Positions 32,101 to 36,927 of a stretch of 36,927 nt of DNA are shown here, piece after piece. The stretch's first letter is position 1. Every line of letters begins with the position of its first letter. This DNA comes from Scenedesmus sp. PABB004 (lineage: Eukaryota), in the NCBI GenBank assembly GCA_014905635.1, contig JABVCE010000079.1, positions 1 through 36,927 on the forward strand, given 5' to 3'. The notes beneath the pieces are model-generated. The model worked only from the letters and a program-made list of their open reading frames with translations. It was not told where the DNA came from and made no database searches. Position numbers and translations under genes: made by a program.

Positions 32101-33615
32101 ATCAAGAGTTTTTGTTTTTTTCTGAATTTGCCAAAATGTCTGTGTTTCTAACCATTTTTCTAAAAATAGAAAAGTTTTGGATTGAGTTTGCTTTTCTTTG
32201 AAATCAACTTTGTTCTTTTTTTTCGAGAAAAGAACATTGAAAAATTGAATATCTTCTTTTTCTAAAGAATTGAAAAAATTTTTTGCTTCAATAGTTGAAA
32301 TAGTGGAATTTTTCAAAAAGTCATTTTTTGAACCTATATTTGCAAGATTTTGGAAAGAAAAAGGAGTATCTTGCAACTTTAGAAGATAACCAGGCATTGC
32401 TAAATTTCGTTCAAAATCATTGAAAAAAAAGTGCATATTTGAAAAATCGAAAATGGGTGTTCCATTGGTGAAACTTTTCATTTTTTTTTGAGAAAAAACA
32501 AACATTTCGGAATTTTTCAAAGAAAAAAACTGTCCTTTTTGAGGAATTTGAAGTGATCGCTTCAAAAAACAAGTTTTTTGAAAAATAGATGAAAACTCTG
32601 GTTTTACTGAAAACCATGTCCAATTGAAAACATTTCTTTTTTGTTCAAGAGCATTTCGAAACTTTTGTGATTGAAAAAAAGTTTTTTCACAGTATTTTCT
32701 TAATATTTGACTTTCAGAAGTTTCAAAAGAAGGTGAATACAGAGAATCGCGAAAAAATTTCAAAGAAAAATTTGCAAATTCTTGAAATTCTTTATTTTCC
32801 AAAGCATGAAAATTTTCTTTCCCTAAAGGTGACAAAAATTCTTTTGGATAAAAAAAGTTTTGTTTTTGGAAATCAGCTTTTTCTATTGGAGTATCGCAAG
32901 ACTCTTTCAAAAAGAGCCCTGTTTTTGTTGAAGTTGGCGTTTTCAAAAAAGTCCCGAAAGGAAAAGAATTATTTTGACTTTGAAACTTTAATTGATGTTT
33001 TTGTTCAAAATTTGACGAAAAAAATAAAACAAAACCTAATAATGGAAAAATCCAATATTGTTGAAAATGTTTTTTCATTGGAAAAAATTGCCCAATTTTC
33101 AAATTTTGAAAAAAAGAAAAGAGATTTTTTTGAACAAAATAATCCGTTTCAGGAATAAATGTTTCACTTGTTGACTTTTGAAGCAATGAAGAATTTCGAA
33201 TTGATAGGCTCTTGTGAAAATTAATTAAATAAAAATTTTGAACTTTGAATTTTGAGTATTTCGTTTTTGTGAAAATTTTCTTCAACTTTTTTTGTTCAAC
33301 TTTTGATATCAACCGATTTGTCAAAACTTCAGTCTGATTTTTTTTGACCTTTTTGTCAATCAAAAATTCTTGATTCATATTTTGAATAGAGTTTCTGATT
33401 TTTTTGTTTTCTGAATTTTTCCAATATTCTTGAAAAGAAATTTTTTCATTTTCGAGAAATACGTCTTGAGTTTTTGTATTCAAGTTCTTCACAAAATTTC
33501 TATTGTCATGAATTTTGAAATTAGAATTCCGCCAAAGCAAAAAGTCAAATAGACTTGTTTGTAAAAATGCATATTTGCGATGAAATTTTTTAAAAAGAGA
33601 TTTTTTAGATTTCAT
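23191..33615 (-). CDS. ftsH: Giant plastid FtsH/Ycf2-like AAA protein, 3474 aa
   Basis: Uninterrupted 10.4-kb ORF. N-terminal TM (YWIFPLLGFVLF), RRRKKRKRFFPRP block, KNILVIGAPGTAKT (Walker A), VVFATTHLPSLLDPALRRPGRFDETI (SRH), C-terminal DFPDAEQYYNPRNRRW. Confidence 0.93.
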   Translation of the reverse strand: MKSKKSLFKKFHRKYAFLQTSLFDFLLWRNSNFKIHDNRNFVKNLNTKTQDVFLENEKISFQEYWKNSENKKIRNSIQNMNQEFLIDKKVKKNQTEVLTNRLISKVEQKKLKKIFTKTKYSKFKVQNFYLINFHKSLSIRNSSLLQKSTSETFIPETDYFVQKNLFSFFQNLKIGQFFPMKKHFQQYWIFPLLGFVLFFSSNFEQKHQLKFQSQNNSFPFGTFLKTPTSTKTGLFLKESCDTPIEKADFQKQNFFYPKEFLSPLGKENFHALENKEFQEFANFSLKFFRDSLYSPSFETSESQILRKYCEKTFFQSQKFRNALEQKRNVFNWTWFSVKPEFSSIFQKTCFLKRSLQIPQKGQFFSLKNSEMFVFSQKKMKSFTNGTPIFDFSNMHFFFNDFERNLAMPGYLLKLQDTPFSFQNLANIGSKNDFLKNSTISTIEAKNFFNSLEKEDIQFFNVLFSKKKNKVDFKEKQTQSKTFLFLEKWLETQTFWQIQKKTKTLDSQRERGANSFEGVQNKSENLSPAVFQKLQSTCLMNLDSLYFQKVLQSGDIFQKVFENQIEKNDVFNFELQKKVKTLNNLKNLSAFLTLKKDEKNFQNRSRKLFFSNEKSFSLCLKKQTFDCFLFQYYNKEYKKFRNSMFSEKNKFEKSVLQKILFPSFLKKQKFFRKGSNSFFTQKISKNICFSPVSLFHAENEKYVSNSNFFKTKLNFNTIDLFQKESSQSFLPSISGTQFESPLLFDYSNEQNTQRDSMSTVYLKKQRRENQEFWKNPAFVFGNSFLENSQSVFSSKYFSLVPSLEIFSGSHTSNKVFKFSKISDYFSNPLLKKFSSPLNEENTSFFYSLKRSFFDTFFGKFFKKMKTNFFFHDSKFFFFEKAFFFENTKKEKPFIFQKSSKNSLYFFQNSTTFKRNQLEKNQLLWKKWTTSFVFKKNPKSFLSSPSKISFQKYKSSFLNFQSRKFEKLFNAFFSPLNKETVFSFQSKMNNLESEKTFHSFSVSKLKKEKDILLLKNLSNVLQKQLKNSNNHSFFISQKNGKNQQSFVQFSKFQKEIKNKTFRSSTQENSEGIFSTSEISPTALLKRDGFLFFPESKNRNNSKLFQNKNFQNSLLKRFEKEKSLQKKRRLKKQKLETRRRKKRKRFFPRPLWLRFHLYKKFLKSRHPKKEFHSFFQKNTTFQNGNTNFQTFSFLLKKSQTPSFKEFSCFQKIQPKYFFHIQSNKRWKNVFVQSFESKKMLKNTQTFRFSRFFSEQKKKLFFENSKIFSSKNFSKNQNSLQISKLYLKNREKWGFSSPLFGEKNEFLEKMFFQQMQGNMNLVKKQANFSGVQKSPLSFNREDYKISGEILSEFLRLSWKSYWFQTNFQPYTHRIRENFRKMQKIESQKAFSEYSIFDFFGRSQFVHLFQNFPIFQTSQPECSQNDLIFQKAIFQKFLWYSNIRNSFESSPSVRSAFFGTSSSPFNFQNMQNLPEYNRILYSRISEVFKNFKSAETNEDYFQRDFMNNLKMPKRKNEAISGNLSFLTKSALFFENLSIPSQPVLPAFSLFSSLFNDTSIKPTGDLPTLRALWALQKTNFYQFQETNSIRNLWTLKKRTESLKSFKGTKKVVSFFRKYSGLEKLNSPKFLKENSAPVFSPVEVANDKHFQNEKKIFSSGSETFEKKKLLFFSKGKGNSSDFFQDLDTRSLQKFQKVQEKCSIFGINTIQQNSKISLRYLKFHLFSKNSMSNFASFVNASEDKTSFVKETNEVHSLSRSKKYQNSTSVMKPIPQNSAKSSLNFWWAQQNFQRSELFSISQTKTFNYFQFLPFSNTNFDEKTQETFFPLHEKKRNFDLSVFQPQLFVFGAIIFHLALVFTLFKIPEIRSVLKFQCLVLFKFFHGFFVLIFSIYDLLKKYTAQAKSIFKKIKNVSVLSSPKQFLPFDSSFSKSQDFQKFVFSRTNFFEEKNLKSLFHPSVFYFDQSFSKFPQKKFALNSSHGEQNFSLNHSKTLFFEIFLRLSKFSNQFSFQNKLFSDFEKKIDSFFVPQKKEIYSFSILLSQKNQFKPQTYFSDFGNSSPRIFSFEKSKSLFVSESSTGNFHLKTLNTVSTSEKFLSNFALSFLFFGKSLTFFSYSSLRLTSTLSGKVLDIIEMLLFSVYKFLEKPAELMIEWIALIFLIEWSSDIATFLPDTFDISFSKSSKKFGRPLRTGSLFLTLFPSNSTFLQPTSIGSLHSIPTTLFTSFEFLTYSNVFSFLLQKRFFYFSEHIFNVFLQPDMDILVRQKKGMIFWDIWAEILLKAAEKYNVNIPSFVTLKEEQELFLEKLLQDRQFLQSLQVEKQNSISLPFLKKEQNKDFFNGEILQQNSLAAFSENFLEKERPSSLPYLQQVFPSRKIEEFVLFKELEFSKTAKQENFSSRQLQNKKNSIFYNIASKNQFFLGRSHFQNFFQNKLLKKKNFEFSSSFSDSQFFQNIDRWSCYQYGTYQGPETDLFIDIYPPKSLKHIQFLKYYEPAQYTVGSLICQIYSGLFSKQVSKNILVIGAPGTAKTLFIQALAGETEMKIITDNAYRYSMVQRGVAVGMKYLRDVFDAIALQTPCFFLIEHIHVIGSKRPLLISDDENVKGIQSSFGLEQQEVHETNQMIYQLNRHLISDYKRPYKGDFSMSIPTNFFLQHFYSNFEKSSASIFQNSQFSSGGINFTDRSSPISPLPIESIEHSLGQQGFAEKEKTDIAFQNSFASLHSKKGLFQSRLQIGREQVFAPPATSPFTILMMKEEKKLKPKKVVQENSWGGLSTDQLVSYQKEKLSVRAKVAVLADITMNLSRGKLDMITDLLVIIDSVRSNRGFVVFATTHLPSLLDPALRRPGRFDETISLAQTPNFLNRFEIFKMHFENSLTTLDFLDLSLFTENFSEFNLFNFITSTKLSLFHQYKYTTSQNFEMFEKNKNSKIKKFQKRKISEISPAKALQKLLKTSFFHDLYTQKQISPLKTSQKTNVSKYFLRNFQLSRYSFLPKKSSHELNLAYTRIGIFLAKSNFLHEPTAFIPLTLDTNDSFSNLSQSQQFFGSIFYVSENQQKLQLMAFLSGKVSEFFLQKTKKISMSVLYQRNQNKILYPSLSLKNSEYLNRPMTFFHKKFSLFIPEQSEQKKNSFEIQQRQNTNFQKSISNFEKSTQGFLFQTSENQTSIETKEISLQRQTDFFWTTFGNDTLWRSATPFLFSIIQKRFFFTKNLLLSKMLFFENKNSRKLPPSPPNSSILMPAKKYENFKRTEQDFVQKLRFSINEKIQMHQQQRFLKQLYSIPIQQSFRSEILPNRTTFFSSSFQELAYLDLLTRSSSSSHFYQKKYLGIRHRFSNLNQWWNGFLPEHNTESTFLSDVDWRTMFQKISTKTSFKSKTQNPPVNQTFEYTMDFPDAEQYYNPRNRRWYFNEKLQKNNTKIGLYWLNFDRNLQYEIYYHYLMQSFHESFQYFDKNREMLDYFVFLFLRKGFLKEFDYLTTISRFQTGNF

Positions 33616-33846
33616 AAAAGATTAAAAAAAATATTCGAAAAATAAAAAAAAATTATTTTTCATTTGAGCTCTATATTAAATAAAAAAATGAGAAAAAAGA
33701 GGAATTCTCAAATACTATTTTGAGATTCTGAAGAACCACACGTAGATTTTCCCTTTTTCTTTTTCTAGAAAAAATTTATTAATTTTTCAATTGACTAATA
33801 AATTATTTTTTCCAAACATATTTCAAAAAGACAAATACTTTGAAAA

Positions 33847-33919
33847 AGCCTACTATCGGAGTTGAACCGATAACCTTCGGTTTACAAAACCGATACTCTA
33901 CCGATTGAGTTAAGCAGGC
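33847..33919 (-). tRNA. trnT: tRNA-Thr(UGU)
   Basis: Reverse complement GCCTGCTTAACTCAATCGGTAGAGTATCGGTTTTGTAAACCGAAGGTTATCGGTTCAACTCCGATAGTAGGCT. Confidence 0.96.
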
Positions 33920-34009
33920 AGACAAAAAAAATTCATCAAATCTTTCGACTTCTTTGAAAAATTCAGTTGAACAGTTTTCAAAATTCTGTGAATTGAACTT
34001 TTTTATTTT

Positions 34010-34038
34010 ATTATACTGAATTTTCAAAAAAAAGTCAA
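34010..34038 (-). promoter_or_regulatory. Promoter for trnT (possibly also ftsH)
   Basis: TTGACT, 17-nt spacer, TATAAT. Confidence 0.7.
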
Positions 34039-34104
34039 AATTCATTGACGTTTTTGAAAATTCAAAAAAAACTTTCAAAAACGTCAATGAATTTTGACTT
34101 TTTT
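34028..34104. repeat. 32-bp perfect inverted repeat with a 13-nt spacer
   Basis: AAAAAAGTCAAAATTCATTGACGTTTTTGAAA / TTTCAAAAACGTCAATGAATTTTGACTTTTTT; third partial copy at 34118-34133. Confidence 0.9.
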
Positions 34105-34209
34105 AAAGAAAAAAACTTTCATTGACGTTTTTGGAAAAAGTAGAAAAACGCGATCCAAAAGTGAAATTTTCTTCACTTCTTTACCTATTCACATAAAAGT
34201 GAACCTCTT

Positions 34210-34243
34210 TTCACCTTTTCACCTTAAGGTGAAGTGAAGTGAC
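34210..34243. repeat. Dispersed palindromic repeat copy 3' of rpoC2
   Basis: Core at 34218-34233 plus GTGAAGTGAC. Confidence 0.9.
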
Positions 34244-34295
34244 CTAAAAAGGAAAAAATGCAAGACAAAAGAGAAGTTTTTCAAGATAGAAATTG

Positions 34296-36927
34296 CTAGA
34301 AATTTTTATAAAGTACCATGTAACCAGTTCCCGAAGGCATTAAATTCCCTACCAAAATATTTTCTTTTAAACCTTTTAAAAAGTCTTTTTTTCGAGAAAT
34401 TGAAGCAAGTGCTAAAATTTTTGTTGTTTGTTGAAAACTCGATGCTGATAAAAAACTCTCAACTTCTAATGAGGCACGAGTAATTCCAAGAATTACAGGC
34501 TCATAACGAATTTTGACAAGTAAAAATTTATTAATTCGTTCAACTAAATCTAAATTTACAAGCTCACCAGGAAAAAAACTGTCTGAGCACCATGAAGAAT
34601 TTGAACCTTTGTTGTCATTTGTCGAACAATTACTTCTAAATGTTTATCAACAATACTTACACCTTGAGATCGATAAACTCGTTGAACACCATCGACAATA
34701 AGTTGTTGAATTTTTAAAAAACTTTGTCGAACTGCTTGGTCAAAAGGAAGCATAAATTTATAACGTTCAAAAATTCCTTTTAATAAAATAGGTAGACTTG
34801 AAAGAAATAATCTTCCTTGAATGGTTGTTCGTGCTTCAAAAAATTGCTCAACTTTTGGAATACCTTGAACAATATCTCCTGATTGAACAGTTTGATATGG
34901 TAATGTTAAAATTGGAACATTTTTTTGAATATATGGTGTATTCGCTAAATGTAAAATTCCATTTGGTGAGACTAAAAAAGGTTGACCACGGCGGAAAGTT
35001 GTTTTAAAAGAACTAAGATGAACAACCATACCTGGTTTTCGAATTGCAAAATTTAACAAAGAATCACCATAAACAAAAAATTTTCCTAAACGAGGATTTT
35101 TTGAGAGATCAAAATACCCAATTTTGAAGTTTTGAAATTTAAAAATTTTCTTTTCATATTTTGTCAAAAAAGATGAAATTTCAATAGTTCTTTCAAAAAT
35201 TTCATTTTGATTTTTCAATTGCTGAAAGCCACTATTTTCTAAACAATGATCAAAAAGTTTATATTTTGCATCTGAACGATTTTTCAAATTGCCAGGTGAC
35301 TGAAAAGTTTTTTGAGTTTGAAATACATATTGATAAAGTTGCAATAAATTTTTTTTTTTGTTTGTAAAGAATATTTTCTTTGAATTTCAATGAATTTTGT
35401 TTTTTGTTCAAAATTGAGAAAAATACGACTCGTATTTTGTTTTGAAGTAGGAAATGAAACACAAATATTTTCATCTTCCTTCTTTTCTTCAAATGGAAAA
35501 AGTTCAAAATTTTTGTATTTTTCTTTTTGTCTTTTTTCATTCACAAATTCAAGTGAAAATAAATCGTCTTTTGTTAGAACACTGAAAAATGTATTCAATT
35601 TTTGAATTGTTGAAATTTCAGAAGCTTGTTTCCACCAATTTGTATCATTTGTATACATTGAAATAAGTTCTCCCTCAAATGGACTGAAAAATTTTGTATT
35701 TGCAAAAAACATTGAATTTTTTTGAAAAAGAAAATTTTGAAAAAGTTGAATTTTTGCTTTCTTCGTTTTTTCATGTTTTAAACTTTGCATCTTTTGTTGT
35801 TGATGTTGAGAAAATTGATTTCTCTCAAAGAAAGAAGCTATTTGAGAAAGTCGTTTTGAATTCTTTTTTTGAAGGAATTTTTCATAGAAAAAACTTGTTC
35901 CATCTTTATTTTGCCAAAAAGATGTTTGATTGAATTTTTTGGAAAAGAGGAATGAAGAAAATCTTTGTGTAAAAGAAAATGCTTTTTTTTTGATGAAGAG
36001 AAAAATTCATTGTTGTTGTCAATGGATGAAAAAAGAAAGTCTGAAAAACTTGAGATTCTTTTTCGTCGAAATCAAAATAATGAAAAGAAGTTGAGACAAA
36101 AATTGGTAAAAATTGTATTGGATAAAATGAAAAGAAATATTTGTTTTGTTGAGAATTGCTTCTTGGGATATTTGAAAGTTGAAAATTTCTATTTTTTATG
36201 AAGGTTCCTATTGGTTTTTTTTCCTCAATTTGGTGTGAAACTTTGAAAAAATTGCGAGATAAAAACAAATGAAATTTTGAAAAAATTTGTTTTTTTGAAA
36301 AATCTGAAGAATTGAAAGTTTTTTGGAATATTGATTTTTTTGAAGCATGAAAATCAAATTTTGCCATATTTTTTTTCAACTTGGAAAACGTGGGTTTCCC
36401 AGAAATAGAATTTCGTGAAAAAAAAGATCTCAAAAGAATTTCTTTTCTTCGGTGAATTTGAGAAAATGCTGATTGAATTGTTGCATCAAAATTTTTTGAG
36501 GAATGAAAGAAAGTTTTTTCTCGCATTTGAAGATTCAAAATATTTGAATGATACTTTTTATAAATATTTAATGATGAAAGATAAGAAATTGAATCACTTT
36601 TTTCATATGAATTCTCAATGGTTTGTTGTTGAAAAATAGGTTTGTAATTTTTTCCATTTTCAACAACTTTATATTGAAAAGATCGGAAAAAAAGAGCTGG
36701 TCTATGTTTTTGCTCACCAAAAGTTTTTTTTCTCCACCAGAAAAGTTTCTGTTCCACTCGAAACAAAATTTGAAGAAAAAGTTTGAAAAGCATAAAGAGA
36801 ATCAATATTTGAAAAACGACAATTTGAATTTTTGTGAATTATTTGTGCACAAAAATTTTTTCGTTTTGAAGTCGTTTTTTCAAAATCAGTATGAAAAGAA
36901 GAGTGAATTTTTCTTCACCTTTCCGGT
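34296..36927 (-). CDS. rpoC2: RNA polymerase beta'' subunit, 3' part; frameshifted as assembled; starts outside the window
   Basis: [18 protein letters not shown]...[30 protein letters not shown], then after a frameshift at ~34575 PGELV...[28 protein letters not shown]...[17 protein letters not shown]...NF* (TAG at 34298-34296). Confidence 0.93.

Noticed and set aside
23223..33158. Many short ORFs antisense or out of frame within ftsH
   Set aside because: K/F/N-rich shadows of a low-complexity AT-rich CDS with no recognisable motif.

Overview
AT-rich segment of a green-algal chloroplast genome (Chlorophyceae, CS clade). Plastid-encoded rpl12 together with a Chlamydomonas-type clpP and the atpA-psbI-cemA cluster points to Sphaeropleales, which is an inference. 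Gene order: clpP (5' part, -), trnL-UAG, rps4, trnE, trnF, a probable 13-nt rpl32 exon 1 followed by the 5' half of a trans-spliced group II intron, rpl23-rpl2-rps19, rps14, trnG, atpA-psbI-cemA, rpl12, a ~1.4-kb compositionally odd region with an orphan ORF and palindromes, trnS-GCU, a complete minus-strand rRNA operon (23S with a group I intron at L2593 encoding an I-CreI-like LAGLIDADG endonuclease), psbC, atpF, atpH, a 3474-aa ftsH/ycf2-like ORF, trnT and the 3' part of rpoC2. A polar palindromic repeat (TTCACC-N4-GGTGAA) occurs in about 17 non-coding sites, including helix 45 of the 23S rRNA, and degenerate copies lie inside coding expansions. Frameshifts in clpP, rps4 and rpoC2 cluster at the two ends of the window and are most likely consensus errors. 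I found no clearly new biological system. The best leads are the split rpl32, the repeat family and the orphan region.
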